DNA of 64,000 bases, taken from the NCBI GenBank assembly GCA_039586365.1, contig JBDHKN010000029.1, positions 1-64,000 of the forward strand, in the 5' to 3' direction. Under the pieces are notes generated by a model. That model was not told the DNA's origin and did not search any database. It saw nothing but the letters and a program-made list of their open reading frames with translations. Position 1 is the first letter of the stretch; every line of letters begins with the position of its first letter. The position numbers and the translations under genes are program-made. This stretch comes from Gemmatimonadota bacterium. GTDB lineage: Bacteria; Gemmatimonadota; Gemmatimonadetes; Gemmatimonadales; GWC2-71-9. Positions 19,262 to 28,600 of this stretch are shown here, one piece after another.

Positions 19262-20974
19262 CTATCGGCGCCCCGTCTGACTCGGGCCTAGCTCAACCTC
19301 GCAGGTGAGCGAGAGTCCGTCCTGTCGGCACCACGCCTGTCCCTCGCTGGTGAACAATTCCTTGCCCGCCCACTCATATGTTTCGTCTGCCGGCATAGCC
19401 GGCTGGGCGGAATAGTAACTTCCTGCCATCGCCGGATCTCCCACGCCGTCCCACTTCGAAATGAGCGGATAGTTGAAAACCGGCCGGCTGGCGACCACTG
19501 CCCCATCGATTGTCCTTGACGTCAACAGGCTGTCGGGCGCGACGCCTTTCTCCACCCAGTGCATCATCGCGCTGACCACGTCCATTTCGCTAGGACCCGA
19601 GCCGCCTTGGCAATGATACATGCCGGGAATCATGAACGTGCGGGTGAAGGTGTCGGCAAGTTCCTCGCCGACCGTTTCGCGAAGCGCGGCGCGATAGGCG
19701 AGCGTGTTAGTTGGTGCGATGTGCTGGTCCGCCGAACCGTGCCAGAGGATCAGCTTGCCGCCCGCCTCGGCGAAAGGCCGAAGGTCTGGGTTCATCGCGG
19801 CCAGCACCTGGCCGGTCGGCTTCAGGCTTTCGAAGGTCGCCGCGTCGAAGGCCAGATCGGCCAGGTCGTAATCGGGTGCGGGGTCGTCCCACCAAGCCAG
19901 GTGGCGTAGAAAGCCCAATGCGATCGCCACGGCGAAGGGCGGCCGGTCAGGGTCGTCGGCGGTATTGACGCCGGGCCAGGCGGCCTCGGAGCCCGGCATG
20001 GCGCCGGAGATCGTCAGCCGGCGGCCGGTTTCGTCGCGCGGACCCTCATAGATGCGCCGCGCCACCTCGGCTTCCGCCGGTGCGAAGCAGGTAGCTGGGT
20101 CAGCGCCCTCTGCACAGGTGGCCGAAGCGACGTCGAAGGTGCAGAGGCGAGGGTCGTCGATGACGCGATCGTTCAGCCCGTCGATGCCGTCGCAGGCGGC
20201 GAGGACCGCCTCATGCAACAGCGGCACCCGACCGCTCTCCAGTACTGCCTTCCCGTTCGGCCCCCGGTTCGCCATTGCGTTCCAGGAGTGATAGAAAGTG
20301 TTCTGAATGACGAAGTTGAAGGCCGGCGCTCCGGCCGTGATGCCGTCGAAGTCTTCGGGATAGCGCTGCGCAGACATCATCCCCTCCCTGCCGCCGTCCG
20401 AACAGCCGACGAAGTAGGAATGTCGCGGCTCCTGTCCGTAAAACGCTGCGATGATTGCCTTGCTTGCCACCGCAACCACATGCACGCCGCGATAGGCGAA
20501 GTCAATCCGGGCCTGAGGGTCACCGGCCGCCCAGATCCCGTCGTCGAGACCCGCGCCCTGATGGCCAAGGTTTGACGCCACCGTGGCGGCCGTCCCTTCA
20601 TCTATCGGAGCGCAACCGTTAGCCTGACTGACACCCATGCGGATCGAGCCGCAAAGGCCGCCGCAGCCGGCGAACACTAGTCGTTGGGTCCAGTTCATGG
20701 TCGGCAGGTGCAGCTCGAAACCCACTTGTGGGGCTACGTAGCCCGTTACCCTACAATAGGGTGCGGGGGCGGTCTCGGTCACCAAATCGGCGGACAGGAT
20801 GCGGGTCGGCGCCTCAGGCAGCGTGGAAAAGTCGGCGAACGTCAGCCGCTCGCATTCCATGCCCGGCCTCACGACTGGTGGATCGATCAGATTGGACTCC
20901 TGTGCCCATGCGAAAGGCGCCGAAGTTATCATGAGGGCCAACAGTCCAGAAGAGACGTTGCCACGGATGGTCAT
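19262..20974 (-). CDS. Tannase/feruloyl esterase-family alpha/beta hydrolase, secreted
   Basis: GCSDGGREG, AQRYPEDFDGI, WHGSAD, PGMYHCQGG (CS-D-HC arrangement); signal peptide. Confidence 0.93.
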   Translation of the reverse strand: MTIRGNVSSGLLALMITSAPFAWAQESNLIDPPVVRPGMECERLTFADFSTLPEAPTRILSADLVTETAPAPYCRVTGYVAPQVGFELHLPTMNWTQRLVFAGCGGLCGSIRMGVSQANGCAPIDEGTAATVASNLGHQGAGLDDGIWAAGDPQARIDFAYRGVHVVAVASKAIIAAFYGQEPRHSYFVGCSDGGREGMMSAQRYPEDFDGITAGAPAFNFVIQNTFYHSWNAMANRGPNGKAVLESGRVPLLHEAVLAACDGIDGLNDRVIDDPRLCTFDVASATCAEGADPATCFAPAEAEVARRIYEGPRDETGRRLTISGAMPGSEAAWPGVNTADDPDRPPFAVAIALGFLRHLAWWDDPAPDYDLADLAFDAATFESLKPTGQVLAAMNPDLRPFAEAGGKLILWHGSADQHIAPTNTLAYRAALRETVGEELADTFTRTFMIPGMYHCQGGSGPSEMDVVSAMMHWVEKGVAPDSLLTSRTIDGAVVASRPVFNYPLISKWDGVGDPAMAGSYYSAQPAMPADETYEWAGKELFTSEGQAWCRQDGLSLTCEVELGPSQTGRR

Positions 20975-21315
20975 CTAGACCTCCCTTCTTCCTTGAGCTT
21001 GCTCTCCTTGGGGAGCTTCCTGCGGGCATCTTCCCCAAGGTATCGTCGACCGGGACTGCACTCCTACCGGGATAATGTCCGGAATACACGCCTGTCCATC
21101 CGATTTCGATCCGTGCGCACGGTGTCGGTGGTCGTGAGGCTGGCATCATCGGCGATTTCGATCGGCACCTCCTGCGCGCCTGTGGGATGTTCGGTAGAAC
21201 AGCGCTTTCTCCTTGGGCACGCTCACCGCCGCTCAAGGGACCCATCTAGCCAAGAACGCAACGCGGGCGCCCATCGCCGCACACCAATCGAACGAAGCTA
21301 CGATCTTCCGCTCTC

Positions 21316-21394
21316 TGCAAACCATTTGCTAACCCACTGCACGGGACTGGATGGTACAGGACGGGACAGGATGGGATGAAGGATACGCTAAGTC
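21316..21394 (+). repeat. att-like repeat copy D (arm only, no tRNA part)
   Basis: TGCAAACCATTTGCTAACC...ACGGGACTGGATGGTACAGGACGGGACAGGATGGGATGAAGGATACGCTAAGTC. Confidence 0.8.
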
Positions 21395-21459
21395 CGCAGA
21401 CCGCCCTCGATCGTCGGCCCGGTCATCTGAAGGACGATCCCGTAAAGGGCCCGTTTCCT

Positions 21460-21680
21460 AAGGCTGTTTGCACGCTAACAATCGTTGTCTGCACCGGTGC
21501 ACACGGCATTCGAAACGGTGCATGCGCCGCGTGCAGGGTTCCAGCAAGCGTGTGCAACGGTACAGACAGCATGGATGGTGTTTCATATTGCGTGTGCAAT
21601 GTTACACAGGCTTGGGACGCTTTGCATACGGGCATTGCGGTCCTGCAAACAGCGTTCGTGGCCCTGCAAACATCGTCCGA
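21460..21680. repeat. Degenerate 21-bp (3x7) periodic TGCA repeat tract
   Basis: TGCA at 21469, 21490, 21532, 21553, 21595, then 21623, 21644, 21665. Confidence 0.65.
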
Positions 21681-22066
21681 GCCCTCAAATTCGACAGGGG
21701 TGAAGGGATGGCTGTAGCCCTCGCTCAGAACGCCTCAACGTAGACGAGCGCAGTCCCTCTGGGTGCTGCGACACTCAGCTCGCGTTCCCAGACAGCTAGT
21801 TCGCCAGCCCCGTCAGTGAGAACGCGTTCCCGGTCACGTGGAACGGGTTGCCGATCAGCCAGGACGCGAGAGAGGTGGTGGGAGACGCGTTCTAGGGTTG
21901 CTGCAACCCGAGCTGGGTCGTCCAGGTGGCGAGCTGGATTAGGGAGAAGCCGGCCATAGGGGTGGAGGAACCCCGGCTTCTGCCACGTCACTGTATGTAG
22001 CACAAGGAGATAGCCGATACCGGCCGGGTGAGTCGGTGTAGTTGCCCGACAGCCCTGGTTCCGCGG

Positions 22067-23431
22067 TCATTGCCCTGGCCTCCCGTGCGCAATCTTCGGC
22101 CACCATTCAGCAAGATTGAAACTGTCAGGATTCCGGTGACAGCCCTGACACGTCTGTTCGTTCGGGATTCTGCCACCGGCCGCTACAAACGCCTCGTGGT
22201 CGCTCATGACATTGACCGCCATGTACTCTGACCCAGGCCCGTGGCAACTCTCGCAGCCGACTCCCTCCGTCTGGTCGAACGTGCTGGCGAACAGCGCGTC
22301 GGGGTCGCCGAAGCCGGTTGAGTGGCAGATGAGGCAGCGATCGTCCTCGCGCGGGTCCTCAATGTCCCGGAAATGGGGGCGGGACCGTGCGAGCACCAGC
22401 GACCACTCAGTCGCGAGTCGCCAGTACGCGGATCCGTGTCGACTGCTCACCCACGGCACGTACTGGTTGCCATGCTCCTGGCGAATGTGGCAGTCGCGGC
22501 ATGCCTGTGAACCAACGTACATCGGATGATCACGTTTCTTCCCCGTTACCGCCCGCCGCAGGAAATGCACCTCGATCCCACTCACGGTACCACCTTCGTC
22601 GCGTGAGAATTCGACACTCCAGGGTTCCGACCGGCAGTAGAATGAATCCGGGCCGGTTGCGTACAGCTCATCGAGACCGAAATCCTGTATCATCAACCTG
22701 CCGTCTTCCACCCAGACCTTGAAGTGGAAATACTGGTCCACGTCGAACAGGCCCTGAAACTCGTACAGCGCCTCCTCTGCGACAGAAACCTCGGCCGGGC
22801 GCTCGAACAAATGATCTGCCGGCAGCAGGCCGTCTCCGTCGCGCAAATCGGGATCAGCGCCGGCAGCGAGAAGTAGCTCGACCACATCCGGCTGGCCCGC
22901 CCGGTACGCGACGTGCAACGGAGTCCAACCTTCGTTCGTGGTTGCACGAAGGTCCGCGCCCAGTTCGATGAGCAGCCGCGCTACTTCGCGGCAGCCACGC
23001 CGGGCCGCGACATGCAGAGGTGTTCGGCCCCACTGGTTCTGTGTAGTGATATCCCCGCCAGCGTCGATGAGAAGCTGCAGCATGTCGGGTCGGTCGTAAT
23101 GCGCCACCCGGTGCATAACAGTGCCTCCATCGGCCCCGACGCGAGTAACCGGTGCACCGTTGGCCAAGAGCCGCCGGAACGTGCGCCAGTGTTTGCGTGT
23201 GGCCGCCCAGTCGAGGGCCGTCATTCCCTGAGCATCTACAGCATTTGCGAGGGTGGAATCCTCCTCCAACCCCCTCCGTACCGCGTTGTCATCCCCGCGC
23301 CTCGCTGCAGCGACAAACTCGCGTGCCCTACTGTCGTCCTGAATTTCCTGCGGGACATCGTGGTCGGTGAGCGAATAGCCTGCAACGTACAAGAACACGG
23401 CGATAGCTACCCCTCCGATGGCGTTTGTCAT
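22067..23431 (-). CDS. Exported ankyrin-repeat protein fused to a C-terminal tetraheme cytochrome c (c554-like) domain
   Basis: GMTALDWAA, GRTPLHVAA, GWTPLHVA ankyrin repeats; CRDCH, CLICH, GVGCESCHGPG, CQGCH; N-terminal hydrophobic helix; RBS before ATG 23431. Confidence 0.88.
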   Translation of the reverse strand: MTNAIGGVAIAVFLYVAGYSLTDHDVPQEIQDDSRAREFVAAARRGDDNAVRRGLEEDSTLANAVDAQGMTALDWAATRKHWRTFRRLLANGAPVTRVGADGGTVMHRVAHYDRPDMLQLLIDAGGDITTQNQWGRTPLHVAARRGCREVARLLIELGADLRATTNEGWTPLHVAYRAGQPDVVELLLAAGADPDLRDGDGLLPADHLFERPAEVSVAEEALYEFQGLFDVDQYFHFKVWVEDGRLMIQDFGLDELYATGPDSFYCRSEPWSVEFSRDEGGTVSGIEVHFLRRAVTGKKRDHPMYVGSQACRDCHIRQEHGNQYVPWVSSRHGSAYWRLATEWSLVLARSRPHFRDIEDPREDDRCLICHSTGFGDPDALFASTFDQTEGVGCESCHGPGSEYMAVNVMSDHEAFVAAGGRIPNEQTCQGCHRNPDSFNLAEWWPKIAHGRPGQ

Positions 23432-23622
23432 GTCGTCTCCCCTCCAGTGAAGGCCCGGGCGACACTGGCACAAGCTTACCTACAGTGATGCTTGCGGAGC
23501 GCCTCGCCGCTAGTGACGCCTTGTCACGACGCTCCAAGCACTCAAGTACGTCGTGGGCGAGTTCACTCAAGCCGCCAGACGTAGCTGTGCGATCGAGAAT
23601 CACAGGTACGCGAACAGCATTG

Positions 23623-25841
23623 CTAGGGATGGCAGAAGGATTCCGAAACTGCTTGCGCGTCGAAGGCCGTTTGCTTCTGCCGAGCCTTGTCGATGAGCGG
23701 CGTGAAACGCGGGTTGCTGTGCAGAGGCTTCAGGAACGGATTGTACTCTTCGAGATAGCGATAGTTGCAGAACCCCCAGTTAATCGCTCTGTCCAGCCAC
23801 TCGAGGGCGTCGTCGTCGGCGCCAACCATAGCGAGACAACCGGCGATGAAGATCGGGAACGTCTCATCGGTCTTGGCCACTTCCACCATGACGTGCTTTT
23901 CGGACATCTGTGTCATGACCGCATTGCGGTCACCGTCCGCTGCCCGGCAGTACAGTTCACTGAGATCTGCAACAGGCACCGCGTCGGTAGCTGCAACGCC
24001 CGCAAAGCCCTCTCTCGCCTCGTCGAGCCGACCGGAGTGTGCTTTTGCCAGTGCCAGAAACCATGAGATATGCGTGTTATCTAAGCCCAGATCCTCGATT
24101 GTCTTCTGGAGCCGGGACGTGGCAGTATCAAACTGGCCATCCATCAGATCTACCCATGCCTGGGCGGCACTGGCGTACATCTCGAGCGGGTCCAGAACAA
24201 CGGCCTCAGCCGCGACTTCCCGTGCCTCGTCGAGTCTACCTACCATGGCGAGGATCCCTCCAAGAAAGCTGAGGACGTCTGTATTCCTATCTATCTCTCT
24301 CGCACGCCTCAGCAGTCTCACGACTTCCTCGAAGTCGCCCTCTTTGGACCGGACATGTGCTTTCGCAAACAGCGCCAACCCAAGGTCCGGCGCCAATACG
24401 AGTGCTCTCGATGCATGTTTGTCGGCTTGCTGCAGGGTCTCACGGTCGTGGCTGATCCCGAATTCGAACGAGAGACTGTAGCACCGAGCGAGCGTCGCAT
24501 GTATCAGCGCATTCTCTCCCGCGATCTCCTTGGCCCGGCGGACGAGTTGCGTCGCTCGTTCGATGCCTTCCTTTGACAGTTTCATCATCTCCTGGCGTGC
24601 ACGGAGCAAGGCATCATAGGCGCGGAAGTCTTCCAAGCGGCGATACGCAATGCGGCGGCCCTCGTCCGGAGTCAATGTTACTCGTAGAGCCTCAGCAATT
24701 CGACGCGACAGCTGTTCCTGAAGATCGAAGATGTCATTGAGGCTGCCGGTGTACCTGTCCGCCCAGAGGTGTCCTTGAACTGCATCGCAGAGGTACGGGA
24801 AATGACGCGAAGCTGCCGCAACTCGGAAAGCTCGGCGATCAGCTCCTCGGTCAATCCGTCAGCAAAGAACGCGTTGTCCGGATCGGGGCTCAGATTCTCG
24901 AACGGCAGCACCACGATCGACTTGATTTCCGGCTCCGCCTCCTTCGCAGCCGCAAACAGCGCCTCGGCGAACGCCTTGGCCGACTCGAACCGGTCCGCTG
25001 GCGCTTTGCCAAGCGCCCTGCTAATGGCTGCAGCCACCGGCTGCGGAACGCCCGAGCGGACCGCGTCAATCGCGGGTGCCGGTTCGGACACGTGCTTCAG
25101 CAACACGGCGCGGAGAGTTGATGCAGTGAAGGGCGGATCTCCGGCGAGCATCTCGTACAGCACGCACGCCAGCGAGTAGACGTCGCTCCTGCTATCGATC
25201 TCTCTTTCACCCGCCACCTGCTCGGGACTCATGTAGTTCGGTGTACCCAGGGGCAGGCCCGTACCGGTGAGGCGCTCGCCGCCCGCCGCCGTGACCGCCA
25301 ACGCAATGCCGAAGTCGGCGACCACCGCATGGCCTTCACGCATGAGGACGTTCTCAGGCTTGATGTCCCTGTGCACCACACCCTGCCGATGTGCCGACTC
25401 GAGTGCCTCGGCGATCTGGGCCGTGATCCTCAGGGCATCCTCGATGGGAAGCTGCTTCTCGCGGTTGAGTCTCTGTCTGAGTGACTCTCCCTCGACATAC
25501 GGCATAACGTAGTAGAGTAACGAGTCTGCCTCTCCTGAGTCATGCAGTGGAAGGATGTGCGGGTGCTGCAGGTTGGCGGTGACGGTGATCTCGTTCAGAA
25601 ACCGGTTGGCACCAAGGACCGCCGAAAGGTCCGGACGCAAGACCTTGATCGCCACCTGGCGGTGGTGCTTACAGTCCTCGGCGAGGAAGACGGTCGCCAT
25701 CCCACCGCTACCGATCTCTCGCTCGATGGTGTAGCGGTCGGCGAGGGCCGTCTTGAGGCGCTCCAAAGGGTCAGACGTGCGCTGAACTCCAGGGCGGAGC
25801 CTTCGCAGGGCCGTCTTGAAGCGCTCCAGGGGGTCAGACAT
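23623..25841 (-). pseudogene. Ser/Thr kinase-TolB_N-TPR gene split by an internal deletion with frameshift at about 24770
   Basis: Kinase ORF 24678-25841 (HRDIKPEN, DFG, SIVVLPFENLS...RVISRTSAMQFKD) continues in another frame as HLWADRYTGSLNDIFDLQEQL into the TPR ORF 23623-24675; the usual VLEGSVRR segment is absent. Confidence 0.85.
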
Positions 25842-25869
25842 TCACTGAACTTCCAGGTGGAGTCCCCGC
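25744..25869. repeat. Imperfect 63-bp tandem duplication spanning the kinase start and leader
   Basis: Units 25744-25806 and 25807-25869, about 50/63 identical by hand count; gives SDPLERFKTAL...SDPLERLKTAL. Confidence 0.85.
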
Positions 25870-25912
25870 TAAGCTACGGGCCGTCTGGTGTTGCGGCCAG
25901 GGTGGACTGCCC

Positions 25913-26264
25913 TGTAAACCACTGGCAAACCAACAGGAAGGGACAGGACGGGACGGAGGGTTGCTAAGTCGGTACAGGACGGGCCAAACGGGACCAGGTG
26001 GCGGGCAGGCGTTAGGCAGGTGTTATGGAGTCGGGATCAGCGTTTCTTCCGGCGGTTACGGCCCCGAAGGCCTCGGTTTCGGCGGCTTTCCGACACTTTC
26101 GGGTCCCTGCGTTGCTCGGGGGTTGCAGGTTCGAGTCCTGCCGGGCCTGTGAAGCGCCGCACATCGTGCGGCGTTTTCAGCCCGGCATACTCGCTCTAAC
26201 CGTCGACTCGTCCGCTGGCGCGCACTCGCCGCGGCTTGACGAGTCCGAGTCCTGCCGGGCCTGT
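25913..26264 (+). repeat. att-like repeat copy E with tRNA-Trp fragments at 26117-26149 and 26244-26264
   Basis: TGTAAACCACTGGCAAACCAACAGGAAGGGACAGGACGGGAC..GCTAAGTCGGTACAG, about 120 bp unrelated insert, CGGGGGTTGCAGGTTCGAGTCCTGCCGGGCCTG, hairpin GCGCCGCAC-ATC-GTGCGGCGTTTT, second TCCGAGTCCTGCCGGGCCTGT. Confidence 0.85.
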
Positions 26265-26290
26265 TTCAGAATCAGTTGCAGTACAAGCGC

Positions 26291-26884
26291 TTAGGGGGTC
26301 CAATTTCGGACCCCTTTCGTTTGACAACGGTTGGGAGATCCAGCACACCGCTCATGAAACGCGCAGCATCGGCCTGAGCAGCCTGAGAAGGCTTCACTTA
26401 GGTCCTCCATGATCACCTCAGGCTTATCCCCGATCCACAGGGACGCCTGAGCCGTCCCGAGCTGTTCTGCGAGCAGTGTGGCTACCGCAGGTCGGACGGC
26501 ATGAAACGCTCGACCTTTGACGTGGGCTAATCCGGCCTTTCGCTCAAGCTTCTTCAGCAAGTCGTTCATCGAGTCGTAAGGCGAGTGATGAGCGGAGTTG
26601 CGCCAACAGCTGAGGACCCAAGGAGATTCTGCGCGGCGCTGTTTGAACACCTCCCACAAAAGCTCTCTGACTGACGGCACCATCGGCACTTGACGGTCTG
26701 GTTGGCCCTTTGACCCTTTGCCTGCGACCTGAAGGTGAGAAGGCCTGCAAGGTCCACCTCGGTTCGGTCCGGCGGCCTGAAGTAGTAGGGAGTACCGAAG
26801 TCCACGTCGGCCCACCTCAGCTCCAGGATCTGTGAGATTCCAGAGCCGTACACCCGATTGAGGCCGATAACGAGTCGAAATCAC
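26291..26884 (-). pseudogene. Tyrosine recombinase/integrase catalytic-domain remnant
   Basis: YGSGISQILELRWADVDF (box I, catalytic Arg position reads Gly) in one frame; VPM...AGL...AFHAVR (HxxR)...WIGD in another; points toward the tRNA fragment. Confidence 0.8.
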
Positions 26885-27074
26885 CCCGTGTGGCAGGAGT
26901 TCGTAGGACCGAAGGGGTGGGGCGAAAGAGGGTGGGGTAGAAGCGGGGTAAGAACATGCTACATCCTGTCGTATTACCCCACCTGAGATAGGACAGAGGA
27001 CACCCGAAACACCGACTGAATACTACGTTTTGTAGTGCCTGACCCATTCTCAAGAGCGAATGGAGGTTCGGAGC

Positions 27075-27256
27075 ATGGCAGGAGTCGAGGGCCGGATCGC
27101 GCTCGCCACGGGCGCAGGCCGAGGCATCGGGCGCGTCCACCGGGCCGCGTCGCCACGCCTCAGGAGGTGGCCGAGATGATCGCTTTCTTCGCGTCGGAAG
27201 AGTCGAGCGGCGTCAGCGGCGAAGCCATTCGCGTCGCGCTCGGGAGCGTTTGGTAG
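27075..27256 (+). pseudogene. SDR oxidoreductase remnant, N-terminus joined to C-terminus
   Basis: MAGVEGRIALATGAGRGIGR directly followed, in another frame, by PGRVATPQEVAEMIAFFASEESSGVSGEAIRV. Confidence 0.8.
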
Positions 27257-27274
27257 GCGCGCCGATCGCTGAGT

Positions 27275-27454
27275 TTCATCCTGGATTGGCTCATCTACTG
27301 CAGAATCACCCCAAGATTCATTGTCATACCGGGAACGGAAGGATTCGCAGGCTACAAAGACTTCGGCCACCAGTTTCGGGCCCACATTCGAGGCACAATC
27401 CTGATGGTCGCTCTCTCCCTCCTACTGGCTGGAATTGTGGTGCTCTGCAGATGA
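27275..27454 (+). pseudogene. 3' fragment of an uncharacterised membrane-protein gene
   Basis: Hand translation FILDWLIYCRITPRFIVIPGTEGFAGYKDF...LSLLLAGIVVLCR*; no start codon; followed by an attC-like half site. Confidence 0.5.
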
Positions 27455-28600
27455 ATCCGCCGCCTAACCAATCGCTCCAGCTGCCAGGCCGCCCGTCGCG
27501 CGGTGGGGTCTGTGGATGGCCGACCATAGGAAGCGTCGTGTTAACCGTCAATACTCCGGCCTGGCGGCTCAGGGATCGAACGCCAACAGCTTTGCCACAG
27601 ACCATAGCAGAACTGCTATAAGTAGATTAGGTCTTACGCCATGTCAGGGTCGATGATCGCACGACCCGGTGAACCGGCCGACCCCCCTGGGGGTGTCATA
27701 TGGGCCCCATCAGGTACGGCTACGTTCTTCTGCGCGATACAGAATCGAGAATTGGCAGCGACGGCGTTTCCATTCAGTAGACAGTGCGATGCAGTGGCAC
27801 GACGCAAGAACCCCGAGCGAGGGACTCGATTCGCGAGGAGTGTATCCTGTGAGTCGCGAAGAGATCCCATGCCGCTCGGGGCTGGAGGCGTTGGACGGCC
27901 TCCACAAGAAATATAGCGGCTTGTGCTATGTGTTGCGGGCGAAGACGACATAAAGCCGGCGCACCGGCCCCTCGGATTAGACCAACGACGTCGGCACTAC
28001 CCCTTTGGCCCCATGAATTCCTGGGAGTCGGGGCAGTGACGTAAGGGCCCAAGCTCCAAGCGCACTCCGTTATGCCATCCGAAATCCCACCATGTGTCGG
28101 CATCGGCAAGTAGTTCTGTAATTCGCTCGTTGTCGCCAAGAGCCCCAACAATCACAAAATGCCAGTTGGATGTCAGATCCCCGAACGTGCCCTGCCATTC
28201 GTAACGCTCAAGCCACCATTCAGCAGCACCCTTGGCTCGCCAGGAGCTGCTGCGCCTGTTGGCGGAGGGCTCCGCAAACGCGAATCAGCGCGACCCCCGG
28301 AGAATGATGCCATACCCGCCTACCACATAGATGTTGCCCGATGAGGTGCCCCATACGCCGCTGAGAAATGTGCTCGCGCTCGTCATGCCGCCCCATACCG
28401 GTAACGGTGGCCTAGTTCGTCTACGAGCCAAGTGGCCCGTACAAGTGCAGTTGTGGACACTCATGAAAACTGGTCTTAGCGCCGTTCACCTTCGGTAACT
28501 GCATGGTCCGTATCTGGGACAAAGGGATTCCGCGCTCCGAACCTCTTGTGGCCCGAATGGGGTGTCGTTTGCGAGATGTGGATCAAAGAGACGAATCCAA

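Noticed and set aside
21725..22003. 92-aa ORF faintly resembling an aminoglycoside-phosphotransferase-family N-terminus
   Set aside because: Similarity is too short and no catalytic motifs are present.
24678..24780. Programmed frameshift joining kinase and TPR ORFs
   Set aside because: No slippery run is seen and a conserved block of the TolB_N domain is missing, so a deletion explains it better.
600..26264. CRISPR array interpretation of the repeats
   Set aside because: Units are kilobases apart or have 10-bp periodicity without unique 30-40 bp spacers, and no cas genes are visible.
27550..28600. Several overlapping 60-125 aa ORFs
   Set aside because: No recognisable motifs or RBS; probably decayed DNA at the island edge.
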